Origin: Vulcanimicrobiota bacterium | GTDB lineage: Bacteria > Vulcanimicrobiota > Vulcanimicrobiia > Vulcanimicrobiales > Vulcanimicrobiaceae | Reading direction: 5' to 3' | NCBI GenBank assembly: GCA_027315505.1 | Contig: DAHUXY010000067.1 | Coordinates: forward strand, 1 to 38,821 | Length of the DNA stretch: 38,821 bases | Shown here: piece after piece, positions 1 to 9,232 of the stretch | Layout: each line of letters opens with the position of its first letter | Position numbering within the stretch: the stretch's first letter is position 1 | The notes under the pieces: generated by a model | Told to the model about the DNA's origin: nothing | Database searches by the model: none | What the model saw: the letters and a program-made list of their open reading frames with translations, nothing else | Program-made: the position numbers and the translations under genes

Positions 1-1056
1 ATCGCCATTGCGCAGGCGTTGGGTGCGCCGGACCGCATCGTCTTCATAGGCACGGCCGACCGGCTTGAGGCCACGATCGTCCCCGAGGCCGGCTATCGGC
101 TTTGCACCGTGCGGAGCCGCCCGCTGGTGCGCAGACTCTCGTTCGAACTGCTGCGCACGCTGCTCGCGAACGCGCGTGGAGCGTGGCAGAGCGCCCGTTT
201 GCTCGCCCGCTTGAAACCGCAGCTCGTCATCGCGACCGGCGGCTACGTCTGCTTCCCCGTCGTGCTGGCGGCCCGGTGGCTGCGCGCCGTGGGGCGCATC
301 CACGCGCCCATCGCGCTCCTCGAACCCAACGCTCGCCCGGGGCTTACCAACCGGCTGCTGGCTCCGCTGGTCGATGAAGTGTGGGGTGCGTTTCGCGAAG
401 CCGATCCACGGTTTGCGGGCAAATACGTGCATACCGGCATCCCCGTGCGCGCTTCGCTCACGCGCCTGCCGCAACGCGAAGCGGCGCTTTCGCGCCTCGG
501 CCTCTCGCCCGGCCGCAAAACGCTGCTTGCGATGGGCGGCAGCCAAGGAGCGCGTACCATCAACGACGCGCTTGCCGGCCTGATTGCCAGGCACGAGCTT
601 CCGTCGGATTGGCAGCTGATTCACGTAACGGGCGAGCGCGAGTACGATCGCGTTCGCGCCGCGTTCGGCGCCGGCTCGAGCGCGGCGGTGCGCCCCTACC
701 TCACCGACATGGCCGATGCCTACGCCGCCGCCGACCTCGTGCTCGCCCGGGCAGGCGCTTCGACGCTCGGCGAGCTGATGGCCGTCGGGCTGCCCTCCAT
801 CCTCGTCCCGTATCCGCACGCCGCCGACGACCATCAGACGCGCAATGCGGAAGTCTTCGTTGCGGCCGGCGCCGCCATCCTGATGACCGATCGGGAACTA
901 GCCGCCGGGCAGCTTGCGGCAACGCTCGCACGCGCGATCGCGCCCGAACGCTTGCGCGCGATGCGCGCCGCTGCGCTCGGCTTGCAAAATGGTTCACCGA
1001 TTGCGACGATTCTCGCCCGGATAGATGCGCTCGCGGCGCGAAAGACGCTCGGGTAA
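1..1056 (+). CDS. murG: MurG, UDP-GlcNAc:lipid I N-acetylglucosaminyltransferase; 5' end cut by window edge
   Basis: The frame-1 ORF (track 19..1056) stays open back to nt 1 (IAIAQAL precedes the listed Met), so the N-terminus lies outside the window. The translation carries MurG-type motifs (ATGGYVCFP, MGGSQGARTIN, RAGASTLGEL, PHAADDHQTRNA). It sits first in a murG-murC-murB-ddl order. Confidence 0.9.
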   Translation: MAIAQALGAPDRIVFIGTADRLEATIVPEAGYRLCTVRSRPLVRRLSFELLRTLLANARGAWQSARLLARLKPQLVIATGGYVCFPVVLAARWLRAVGRIHAPIALLEPNARPGLTNRLLAPLVDEVWGAFREADPRFAGKYVHTGIPVRASLTRLPQREAALSRLGLSPGRKTLLAMGGSQGARTINDALAGLIARHELPSDWQLIHVTGEREYDRVRAAFGAGSSAAVRPYLTDMADAYAAADLVLARAGASTLGELMAVGLPSILVPYPHAADDHQTRNAEVFVAAGAAILMTDRELAAGQLAATLARAIAPERLRAMRAAALGLQNGSPIATILARIDALAARKTLG

Positions 1057-2435
1057 TGGAGACGGCGAGCTGGCATTTTATCGGTATTGGCGGGATCGGC
1101 ATGAGCGCGATCGCGCGCATTTTGCTGGCGCGCGGCCAGAGCGTGAGCGGCTCCGATATGAAGGCCACCCCGCTGCTCGAACAGTTGCGCCAAGAGGGCG
1201 CACTCGTCACCATCGGCCACGACGCGCTGAATATCGCCGGCGCGACCACCGTCGTCGTCAGCTCGGCGATCGATCGTCGCAACCCAGAGTACGTTGCGGC
1301 GCAGCGTTCCGGCATCCCGATCCTGCACCGCGGCGAGATGCTCGCGCGGCTCGTGCGCGAACGGCGTGGCATCGCGATCTGCGGTACGCACGGAAAAACC
1401 ACGACCACCGCCATGGCGCACGCGGTGCTGCGCGCCGGCGATATCGATGCGAGCCTGGTGCTCGGGGGCATCGACGGCACGCTCGCCACGAACGCGCACG
1501 ACGGAGCCTCACCGTGGTTCGTCACCGAGGCCGACGAATCGGACGGGTCCTTCGCATTGCTCGAGCCGGCGATGGCCGTGCTGAACAACATCGAGAACGA
1601 CCACTTGCAGAGCGACGACGAGTTGCCGCATTTAGTGCGCGCCTTCGAGGCCTTTCTTGCGAAGCTGCCCGAGGACGGCGCCGCCATCGTCGGCGTCGAT
1701 AACACGCTCGCTACGTCGTTGGTGGAAAGCCCTCGCCGCTCGCGCACGATCACGTTTGGGTTCGGCCCGCGGGCCGACGTGCGCGCGGTGAATTTACGGT
1801 TCGACGGTTTGGGCGCGACGTTCGATGCGATCGTGCGCGGCGTGTGCCTCGGCACGGTCGAGATGCAGGTCCCCGGAGAAATCAACGTGCAGAACGCGCT
1901 TGCGGCCATTGCGGTGGCGCGCGAACTCGAAGTGCCGTTCTCGCGCATCGCCGAAGGATTGCGCGCGTTCCGCGGGGTTCGCCGGCGCTTCGATATACTG
2001 GCGCGGAGCGATCGCATGATGGTGGTGGACGATTACGCCCACCATCCCACCGCGGTCCGCGCGACGATCGCGGCCGCGCGCCAATACCATCGGGGGCCGG
2101 TGGTTGTGGCGTTCCAACCCCACCGCTATTCGCGCACGGCGTTTCTGGCGCGCGATTTTGCGGATTCGTTGCGCGGGGCCGACCGCGTCTACCTCGCCCC
2201 GGTTTACGCCGCATCCGAAGTGCCGATCCCGGGCGTGAGCGAACGATCGATCGGGGAGTTGCTCGGCGCGTTGGGGACGCGCGTAAGCTACGTCGCGCGC
2301 GTGGACGATTTGGAAGAGCGCATTTTCGACGAGGCGCCGGCCGGTTCGCTCGTGCTCATGCTCGGAGCCGGTAACATCACCGAAATCGCAGCCCGCTTGG
2401 CGCAGCGCGTCAACGGCGTGGGCGCGCCGGCGTGA
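1056..2435 (+). CDS. murC: UDP-N-acetylmuramate--L-alanine ligase MurC
   Basis: The ATG at 1056 overlaps the murG TAA (TAATG). The product starts METASWHFIGIGGIGMSAIA and has the Mur-ligase P-loop GTHGKTTTT; length is about 459 aa. The 225 codons upstream in the 381..2435 ORF are Arg-rich and overlap murG out of frame, so they were not included. Confidence 0.93.
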   Translation: METASWHFIGIGGIGMSAIARILLARGQSVSGSDMKATPLLEQLRQEGALVTIGHDALNIAGATTVVVSSAIDRRNPEYVAAQRSGIPILHRGEMLARLVRERRGIAICGTHGKTTTTAMAHAVLRAGDIDASLVLGGIDGTLATNAHDGASPWFVTEADESDGSFALLEPAMAVLNNIENDHLQSDDELPHLVRAFEAFLAKLPEDGAAIVGVDNTLATSLVESPRRSRTITFGFGPRADVRAVNLRFDGLGATFDAIVRGVCLGTVEMQVPGEINVQNALAAIAVARELEVPFSRIAEGLRAFRGVRRRFDILARSDRMMVVDDYAHHPTAVRATIAAARQYHRGPVVVAFQPHRYSRTAFLARDFADSLRGADRVYLAPVYAASEVPIPGVSERSIGELLGALGTRVSYVARVDDLEERIFDEAPAGSLVLMLGAGNITEIAARLAQRVNGVGAPA

Positions 2436-3394
2436 GCGCAACCACCGCGTCGGCCACGGCGAGTTTGCTCGCGGATGGTGACCGCCAAGCGCTGCCAGCG
2501 ATATTGGGCGTGCGCGCGCGCTTCGACGAATCGCTCGCGCCGTTCACTTCTTGGAAAATCGGCGGCCCGGCCGATGCGCTCGTGCAGTGCCATAGCGAGG
2601 CCGACGTAGCGGCGGTGATGCGCCTGTGCTTCGCGCGCAAACTCCCGTGGTTCGTGCTCGGGAGCGGCAGCAATCTCTTGGTCGGCGACGGCGGCATGCG
2701 CGGTATCGTCATTCGGCTCGGCGGCGCGTTCGCCGAGGTTACCGTTAACGTCGAGGCCGGTGCCGTCTTCGTGCAAGCGGGGGCGTCGGCCGGCATGGCC
2801 GCGATGACCGCAAAAGCCGCTTCGGCGGGCGCGCTGGGCGTCGGATCGCTGGCCGGTATTCCCGGCACCGCCGGTGGTTCGCTCCGCATGAACGCGGGCA
2901 CCGATCGCGAGATGGGCGATTTCGTCCACGAGGTGTGGGTGCAGTCGCCCAGCCGGCCCGAACCGCATGCGGTCTCGGTGCAGTATTACTATCGCCACAC
3001 CACGCTCGCTCGCGACGCGATCGTCTCCCGCGTGACGTTGCGCTTCGAGCGCGGCGACGTCGCGGCGGTACGCGAAGAGATGCAGCAACGCTTGGTGCGT
3101 CGCAAGAGCACGCAGCCGATCGCGCTCCCCAACGCGGGTTCGTGCTTCCGCAATCCGCCCGGCGATAAAGCGGCCCGGCTCATCGAGGCGGCCGGCGCCA
3201 AGGGGTGGCGCGCCGGTGGTGCGGAAGTATCCCCGCTCCACGCGAATTTTATCAACAACACCGGCGGCGCGAGCGCGAAGGACGTAGCGACGTTGCTGGC
3301 CCGCGTACGGCGCGCCGTCAACGATCGATTCGGCGTGGAATTGCAGTTGGAAGTGCACTTGGTAGGGGTTTTTGTGGATCGTGAAGAGGAGTAA
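2432..3394 (+). CDS. murB: UDP-N-acetylenolpyruvoylglucosamine reductase MurB
   Basis: 320-aa ORF whose start overlaps the murC stop by 4 nt. It shows FAD-binding MurB-like sequence (SWKIGGPADALV, VLGSGSNLLV, AGSCFRNP, GGAEVSPLHANFI). Confidence 0.92.
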   Translation: MSATTASATASLLADGDRQALPAILGVRARFDESLAPFTSWKIGGPADALVQCHSEADVAAVMRLCFARKLPWFVLGSGSNLLVGDGGMRGIVIRLGGAFAEVTVNVEAGAVFVQAGASAGMAAMTAKAASAGALGVGSLAGIPGTAGGSLRMNAGTDREMGDFVHEVWVQSPSRPEPHAVSVQYYYRHTTLARDAIVSRVTLRFERGDVAAVREEMQQRLVRRKSTQPIALPNAGSCFRNPPGDKAARLIEAAGAKGWRAGGAEVSPLHANFINNTGGASAKDVATLLARVRRAVNDRFGVELQLEVHLVGVFVDREEE

Positions 3395-3402
3395 GGCGCG
3401 AT

Positions 3403-4365
3403 ATGGGTTACGATAGCGCGAACGTGAAGATCCGCGAAGCCAAAGTGGCGGTCGTCATGGGCGGCTCGAGTTCCGAGCGCGAGGTCTCGATCCAGAGCGG
3501 GTCGGGCGTGATGCGCGCGCTCCAGTCGCTCGGATACGAGGCGCACTCGCTGGACTACGACGCGCGCTTTATCGATGCGCTGCGCGAGATCAAACCCGAC
3601 GTGGTCTTCAACGCATTGCACGGCCCCGGCGGCGAAGACGGCCAAATTCAAGCCATCCTCGAGTACGTCGGCGTCCCCTACACCGGGTCCGGCGTCGAAG
3701 CGTCGGCACTCGCGATGGATAAGCATCTCACGAAAAAATTGCTGGCCGCCGAAGGCCTGCCGACCGCAGCCTGGGATTTGTTCGATCTCTCGGGCGGGAC
3801 GCTGCCGCTGCTGCCGGGAGTCCTCGATCTGCCGCTGGTGGTGAAACCGCGCTTTGAGGGCTCGTCGGTCGGCGTGCAGATCGTTACCACGCACGAGCAG
3901 TGGACCAATGCAATGATCGGAGCCGCGCGCAACTACGCGCAGATCATGGCCGAGGAGTTCTTGGCGGGGCGCGAGTTTACGTGCGTGGTCCTCGGCGAGG
4001 AAGCGTTGCCGGTCATCGAAATCCTGGCGAACGGCGGTGAGTTCTACACCTACGACGCGAAATATCAACCCGGCGGGAGCACGCATATCGTGCCCGCGCA
4101 GATCGCCGAAGATTTAGCCGCGCGCCTGCAAATGCTCGCGCTCTCGGTGCACCGGCTACTGGGCTTGCGCGACTACTCGCGCACCGACTTCATCGTCAGC
4201 CCGGAAGGGCGGCCGTACATCCTGGAAGTGAATACGCTGCCCGGCCTCACCCCGACGAGCCTCGTCCCCGACGCATGTGCCGCGATCGGCATTTCTTACG
4301 AAGCGCTGATCGAACGGCTCATCGGATACGCGCTCGCGCGCACCGACGTTCGCCAGACCGCTTAA
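3403..4365 (+). CDS. ddl: D-alanine--D-alanine ligase
   Basis: 320-aa ORF with an ATP-grasp Ddl pattern (VVMGGSSSEREVSIQSG, NALHGPGGEDGQIQ, PLVVKPRFEGSSVG, EVNTLPGLT). It directly follows murB. Confidence 0.93.
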   Translation: MGYDSANVKIREAKVAVVMGGSSSEREVSIQSGSGVMRALQSLGYEAHSLDYDARFIDALREIKPDVVFNALHGPGGEDGQIQAILEYVGVPYTGSGVEASALAMDKHLTKKLLAAEGLPTAAWDLFDLSGGTLPLLPGVLDLPLVVKPRFEGSSVGVQIVTTHEQWTNAMIGAARNYAQIMAEEFLAGREFTCVVLGEEALPVIEILANGGEFYTYDAKYQPGGSTHIVPAQIAEDLAARLQMLALSVHRLLGLRDYSRTDFIVSPEGRPYILEVNTLPGLTPTSLVPDACAAIGISYEALIERLIGYALARTDVRQTA

Positions 4366-4382
4366 CGCCGCTCTCTGGAACG

Positions 4383-4805
4383 CTACTGCAGAAAGGCGTC
4401 GCAGTCGTCGTACTCGAGCATTTCGAGGAGCGACGTTTCGGGCGGGAGCTTCTGCGTGATCGGATACTTGGCGACGAAGCTTTCGTTGTCGAGACGATCG
4501 GCGATACGCAGGCTCGCGAAGGCTTCGTTGATGGCGGGGTACTTCGACGCGTCGCTATTGGCGTGCACGAATGCGACCACGTCGTCCTCGGTCTCGGCCT
4601 TGGCGACCGCATCCAGGAGCGCGCTTTCGGCGATGCCGAGCTCGCCGAGCAGCCGGGTGCTGAAGCCTGGGATTTGGTAGGCCCCGAGGTCTCCGCCGGG
4701 CAGCGATGCGCGGAATTTATCGATGGTTCGGGCGAGCATCAGCAGGCCGCCGAGCTTCTCTTGGGGGCTCCGGGGCGGGCTCTTGGTAAGGTTCAGAGGC
4801 TTCAT
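4383..4805 (-). CDS. DUF5069-family protein (function unknown)
   Basis: This is the C-terminal 140 codons of the 4383..6269 minus ORF, starting MKPLNLTKSPPRSPQEKLGGLLMLARTIDKFRA, which resembles the DUF5069 family as I remember it. The remainder of that ORF is antisense to citrate synthase. An alternative in-frame ATG lies at 4874. Confidence 0.7.
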   Translation of the reverse strand: MKPLNLTKSPPRSPQEKLGGLLMLARTIDKFRASLPGGDLGAYQIPGFSTRLLGELGIAESALLDAVAKAETEDDVVAFVHANSDASKYPAINEAFASLRIADRLDNESFVAKYPITQKLPPETSLLEMLEYDDCDAFLQ

Positions 4806-4988
4806 GCGGGGGAAGTTTACCGTCGGAGCGTCACGTTCTTGCACGTTTTCGCCGTCGTGCAACAAAAGTAGCATTCCCCGCCAGTACTGATAGCGGGTAT
4901 CATGGTAGGGAGGCTCGCGCCTTGCGACCCTCAAAATTATCGAATGCTGCCTAACTAATCGCGGGGGATATGCCCGCTGGAGGAATGC

Positions 4989-6164
4989 TTGTCTACCACC
5001 GGTTTGGTCGTCGATCGTGGGCTCGAAGGTGTGGTTGTCGGTTCCACCGTCCTGAGTAATGTCGAAGGGACGATCGGTCGTCTCACCTACCGCGGCTACG
5101 ATATGGACGATCTCGCCCCGAACGTGTCGTTCGAAGAAGTCGTGCACTTGCTCTTGTACGGTCACCTTCCGACGCGGGATGAGTTGGACGCGCTCAAGCA
5201 CGAACTCGCATCCCGGCGGGCGCTGCCCGAGCCGCTCGTCGCTGCGATGCAGAGCGTGCCGAAGACGGCCTGGCCCATGGACGTGCTGCGCACGATCGTC
5301 AGCGGGCTCGCGCTCTTCTCCCCGGCGAACAACAAGGGCGAGCACGTCTCCGATATTCACGCCGCGATCGAACTGGTCGCCAAGATGACGACGATTCTGG
5401 CGTCGTGGGATCGCATTCGCCGCGGGCTCGAACCGGTCGAGCCGCGCGCGGATCTTTCGCACGCCGCCAATTTCCTCTATATGCGCACCGGCAAGATGCC
5501 CGCGCAAATCGAAGAGGCGGCGGTCAACACCTATCTGGTGCTGCTGGCCGACCACTCGTACAACGCATCGACATTCGCGGCCCGCGTGACCGCGTCGACG
5601 CGCGCCGACCTCTACGCGTCGGTTACCTCGGCGCTCGCCACCCTCAACGGCGATCTGCACGGCGGCGCCGCCAGCGCCTCGTACAATAATTTGGTCGCGA
5701 TCGGATCGCCCGCTCGCGCCGAGGCGTTCGTACGCGACGAACTGGCCAAGGGGCATCGCATCATGGGGATGGGGCATCGCGAATATCGCGTCCGCGATCC
5801 GCGCGCGCGCCATCTTGAAGCGATCGCGCAAAAGCTCAGCAACTATCGCGGCGATACGAATTGGTACGCGATCGCGCGCTCGCTCGAAGACGCGAGCAAC
5901 AAGGTGCTGCAAGAGGCCAAGCCGGATCGCAAGATCTACGCGAACGTCGATTTCTACACGGCTCCGGTGCTGGCGGATCTCGGGTTGCCGGGCGATGAGT
6001 TCACGTGCCTCTTTGCGTGCGGGCGCGTGGCCGGCTGGGGCGCCCACGCGCTCGAGCAACTCCACGACAATCGCCTCATTCGGCCGCAAGCCACCTATAC
6101 GGGCCCGCCGCCGGGGCCGTTCATTCCGATCGAACAGCGCTCCGTAGCGCTGACCGGGACGTAA
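4989..6164 (+). CDS. citrate synthase (small dimeric type; a 2-methylcitrate synthase cannot be excluded)
   Basis: 391-aa ORF with a TTG start 5 nt after a GGAGGA Shine-Dalgarno sequence (4979..4984). Citrate-synthase catalytic signatures are present: LLADHSYNASTF and GMGHREYRVRDPRA. Confidence 0.9.
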   Translation: MSTTGLVVDRGLEGVVVGSTVLSNVEGTIGRLTYRGYDMDDLAPNVSFEEVVHLLLYGHLPTRDELDALKHELASRRALPEPLVAAMQSVPKTAWPMDVLRTIVSGLALFSPANNKGEHVSDIHAAIELVAKMTTILASWDRIRRGLEPVEPRADLSHAANFLYMRTGKMPAQIEEAAVNTYLVLLADHSYNASTFAARVTASTRADLYASVTSALATLNGDLHGGAASASYNNLVAIGSPARAEAFVRDELAKGHRIMGMGHREYRVRDPRARHLEAIAQKLSNYRGDTNWYAIARSLEDASNKVLQEAKPDRKIYANVDFYTAPVLADLGLPGDEFTCLFACGRVAGWGAHALEQLHDNRLIRPQATYTGPPPGPFIPIEQRSVALTGT

Positions 6165-6166
6165 CG

Positions 6167-6757
6167 GTGCCGGGCGGGGGGCGCATCGGCGCGGTCTCCC
6201 GCGCCACCAGCGAGACGACGATCGAGCTGACGATCGATCTTGACGGCGGCCCCGTCGAGGTCGCCTCAAGCGTCGATTTTCTCGATCATATGCTGACGGC
6301 GTTTGCCAAACACTCCGGCTGCGGGCTGCGCGTGAGCGCGGCCGGTGACGGCATGGATAACCACCACGTGATCGAGGATGTCGGCATCGCGCTCGGCAAG
6401 GCGATCCATCAGGCGCTCGGCGAAAAACGCGGAATCGAGCGGTTCGGGTCGGTGATGGTGCCGCTCGATGAGGCGCTCGTCGCCGCCAGCTTGGATATTT
6501 CCGGCCGGCCGTATCTGAATTTCCAGGTGCAGTTTCTGCGCGAGGATTTGGGCGCGTTGCCCACCGAGATGATCGGCGAATTCTTTCGCGCGGTCACCGA
6601 CAACGCGAAAATCACGCTCCATCTCGTGCAGATGAACGGGCACGTCGCGCACCACGTGTGCGAGGCGTCCTTCAAAGCGTTCGCGCGCGCTTTCGCGCAG
6701 GCCAAGCGTGTTGGCCCTTCGGCCGATGTTCCATCGACCAAGGGCGTTATCGAGTAG
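6167..6757 (+). CDS. hisB: imidazoleglycerol-phosphate dehydratase HisB
   Basis: The in-frame GTG at 6167 lies 2 nt after the citrate synthase TAA. The product (about 196 aa) begins VPGGGRIGAVSRATSETTIELTIDLDG and has both IGPD metal motifs (DNHHVIEDVGIALG, HVAHHVCEASFKA). The upstream part of the 6005..6757 ORF overlaps citrate synthase out of frame. Confidence 0.9.
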   Translation: MPGGGRIGAVSRATSETTIELTIDLDGGPVEVASSVDFLDHMLTAFAKHSGCGLRVSAAGDGMDNHHVIEDVGIALGKAIHQALGEKRGIERFGSVMVPLDEALVAASLDISGRPYLNFQVQFLREDLGALPTEMIGEFFRAVTDNAKITLHLVQMNGHVAHHVCEASFKAFARAFAQAKRVGPSADVPSTKGVIE

Positions 6758-6760
6758 CGT

Positions 6761-7378
6761 TTGCGTGCCTCGGAAGTCGTCGTCATCGACTATGGCGGTG
6801 GGAACCTCGGGTCGTTGCTGGCCGCGCTCGAACGCGAAGGCGTCGACTACACGGTAAGCGGCGATGCCGCGGCCGTGCGCGCGGCGCGCGCGACGATGTT
6901 TCCCGGCGATGGCGCGTTCGGTGCGACCATGGCGGCCCTGCGCGAGCGTGGCCTCGACGATGCGATTCGCGGGGCGATCGAGGACGAACGCCCGTTCCTG
7001 GGTATCTGCGTCGGCATGCAGATTCTCTTCGAGCGCTCGCTCGAGTTCGGTGCGGTGGATGGGTTGGGTATTCTACCCGGCTCGATCGAGCGTTTCAAAA
7101 ACGCCCCCCGCATTCCGCATATGGGTTGGAACCGGCTGGAGACGGCGAGCGATCATCCCTTTGTTGCGGGGCTGGCCGACGGCGAGTACGCGTACTTCAT
7201 GCACTCCTACCGGGCGGAGGTTGGGGCCGCGACGGCCGCGATCACCGAGCACGGCGAACGATTTTCGTCGGTGGTCGCGCAACGGAATGTGATGGGGACG
7301 CAGTTTCACCCCGAGAAGAGCCAATCGACCGGCGCGGCGCTGTTGCGCAACTTTTTAGCGATTGTCCGAGGAGAATGA
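6761..7378 (+). CDS. hisH: imidazole glycerol phosphate synthase, glutamine amidotransferase subunit HisH
   Basis: 205-aa ORF with class-I GATase motifs (VIDYGGGNLGS, the nucleophile elbow LGICVGMQIL, GTQFHPEKS). It starts 3 nt after hisB. Confidence 0.92.
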   Translation: MRASEVVVIDYGGGNLGSLLAALEREGVDYTVSGDAAAVRAARATMFPGDGAFGATMAALRERGLDDAIRGAIEDERPFLGICVGMQILFERSLEFGAVDGLGILPGSIERFKNAPRIPHMGWNRLETASDHPFVAGLADGEYAYFMHSYRAEVGAATAAITEHGERFSSVVAQRNVMGTQFHPEKSQSTGAALLRNFLAIVRGE

Positions 7379-8106
7379 CGACCATGATGGTGATACCCGC
7401 GATCGACCTGCAGGCCGGTAAGTGCGTGCGTATGGAGCAAGGCGAGTTAGCCACCGCGACGGTCTACGACGAGGACCCCGTCGAACGGGCGAAAGCGTTC
7501 GTCGGCGCCGGCGCCAAACGCTTGCACGTGATCGATCTCGACGGAGCGTTCGGCTCGGGCGAGAACACGCAGGCGATCGCGCGCATCTGCAAAGCGGTCG
7601 ACGTGCCGGTGCAGACGGGTGGCGGCATTCGCACGCTCGATCATGCGAAGGCGCGCCTCGATGCGGGCGCGGCGGCCGTCATTATCGGCACGATTTTAGT
7701 GGAGCAGGAACGCACCGCGCGAAATATCATCGCCGTGCTGGGCGATCGCGTGATTGCCGGCATCGACGCGCGTGGATCGTTCGTTGCGACGCGCGGCTGG
7801 AGCGAACGCACGCCCGTCGATCGCGATTCCTTGGTGAAGCGGGTCGCCCTGTGGGGCGTGACGCGCGTCATCTTCACCGAGATCGCGCGCGACGGTATGG
7901 GCGAGGGATACGATATCGATGCGTTGCGCGCGGTCTCAGCGGCTGCGGACGTGAAGATTACCGCGAGCGGCGGCGCGCGCAATTTGGCCGATCTGCAGTT
8001 GCTCGCCGCTCAGGCGCCGGCTGCGGTCGATGCGTGCATCGTGGGCAGCGCGCTCTACAAGGGAACGATGGATCTCGCCGAGGCGATCGCGGCCGTCAGC
8101 CGGTAA
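7375..8106 (+). CDS. hisA: ProFAR isomerase HisA (1-(5-phosphoribosyl)-5-[(5-phosphoribosylamino)methylideneamino]imidazole-4-carboxamide isomerase)
   Basis: The ATG at 7375 overlaps the hisH TGA (ATGA). The product starts MTTMMVIPAIDLQAGKCVR and contains HVIDLDGAFG and GGGIR, typical of HisA. The upstream part of the 6658..8106 ORF overlaps hisH out of frame. Confidence 0.9.
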   Translation: MTTMMVIPAIDLQAGKCVRMEQGELATATVYDEDPVERAKAFVGAGAKRLHVIDLDGAFGSGENTQAIARICKAVDVPVQTGGGIRTLDHAKARLDAGAAAVIIGTILVEQERTARNIIAVLGDRVIAGIDARGSFVATRGWSERTPVDRDSLVKRVALWGVTRVIFTEIARDGMGEGYDIDALRAVSAAADVKITASGGARNLADLQLLAAQAPAAVDACIVGSALYKGTMDLAEAIAAVSR

Positions 8107-9232
8107 GGTAAACGCGGGTGAGTTCGCTCGGCAAGCGCGCGACGATTTCGTAGGCAATCGTCTCGGCCCACTGCGCCCAATCGTCCGCGGATACGTTCGC
8201 TTCGCCGTCGGTACCGATCAGCGTCACCGGCGTCTCCACGTGCGCGCGCGGCGCGTGGGTGATATCGACGAAGGTCATGTTCATGGCGATGCGTCCCACG
8301 ATGGGGCACCGAACGCCGTCCACGGCAAACGCTCCGCGGTTGGAGAGCGCGCGTGGGATGCCGTCGGCATATCCGAGCGGCACGATGCCGATGCGCATCT
8401 CGCGCGGCGCATGGAACGTGTTGCCGTAGCCGACCGCGGCCCCCGCCGCGATCGTTCGCGTGACGACCAGCGAAGAACGATACGAGAGCGCCGGTTCGAG
8501 CACCAAGCCGTGCCCGGCCATTCCTTCGCGCGTCTGCGGCGAAGGCCAGAGGCCGTATAGCGCTATGCCGAAGCGCGTCATATCCAGGCGCGTCGCCGGC
8601 CACAGCATTGCGGCCGCCGAGGCTGCGATGTGTCGCACCGGCGTGAAATGTCGCGTGCTCAGCGCGGCATGCGCCTGAGCGCACGCGTGGTCGAATTGCT
8701 CGAGCTGAAACATCGTGTACGGGGAATCGATCTCTTCGGCTGCGGCGAGATGCGAGAAGATGCCGGCAATTTCGATATCGGCAATGCGCACGTAGTCTTC
8801 CACCGTGTCGGCGAGATCGCTCGGTTCGATGCCCAAGCGATTCAACCCGGTGTTAACTTTGACGTGGACGCGCGCGCGCCGCGCATGCTTGCGTGCCGCC
8901 GCCGCAAGGCGATGGGCGAAATGCTTGGTATCCCAGAGCGCCAATTCCAGCTTCGCATCGATGGCCGCTTCGAGTGCGTCGGGCGGGACGGGCCCCAGCA
9001 CCAAGATGGGAACGCTGATGCCGGCCTCTCGCAGCGCGAGCGCTTCCTCGAAGGCATAGACGCACAGCTTCGTACCCAGCGCTTCCACGGCGAGCGCGGT
9101 TTGCACGGCACCGTGTCCGTAGGCGTTCGCCTTCACGACGAATGCGGCGTGGTTACGGCCTCCGACGAGCGCTGCCAGCGCGGTTGCGTTGCGACGCAGC
9201 GCCGGCAGCGAAATCTCGAGCCGTCCGATCAT
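8096..9232 (-). CDS. alr: alanine racemase
   Basis: Met127 of the 8096..9610 minus ORF gives a 378-aa product, MIGRLEISLPALRRNATAL..., with the PLP-lysine motif FVVKANAYGHG. The upstream 126 codons are Arg-rich and overlap the neighbouring membrane-protein gene. Confidence 0.9.
   Translation of the reverse strand: MIGRLEISLPALRRNATALAALVGGRNHAAFVVKANAYGHGAVQTALAVEALGTKLCVYAFEEALALREAGISVPILVLGPVPPDALEAAIDAKLELALWDTKHFAHRLAAAARKHARRARVHVKVNTGLNRLGIEPSDLADTVEDYVRIADIEIAGIFSHLAAAEEIDSPYTMFQLEQFDHACAQAHAALSTRHFTPVRHIAASAAAMLWPATRLDMTRFGIALYGLWPSPQTREGMAGHGLVLEPALSYRSSLVVTRTIAAGAAVGYGNTFHAPREMRIGIVPLGYADGIPRALSNRGAFAVDGVRCPIVGRIAMNMTFVDITHAPRAHVETPVTLIGTDGEANVSADDWAQWAETIAYEIVARLPSELTRVYLTG

Noticed and set aside
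381-1055. N-terminal 225-codon extension of the murC ORF; the same situation applies to the extensions of hisB (6005..6166), hisA (6658..7374), alr (9233..9610) and the MFS gene (25642..26478)
   Set aside because: Each extension overlaps the well-supported upstream gene in another frame. Each is Arg/Pro/Ala-rich and precedes an internal start that gives a canonical N-terminus and a coupled stop/start junction.
4806-6269. Upstream 488 codons of the 628-aa minus ORF (4383..6269)
   Set aside because: It is antisense to citrate synthase and Arg-rich. Only the last 140 codons (the DUF5069-like part) look like a real protein.
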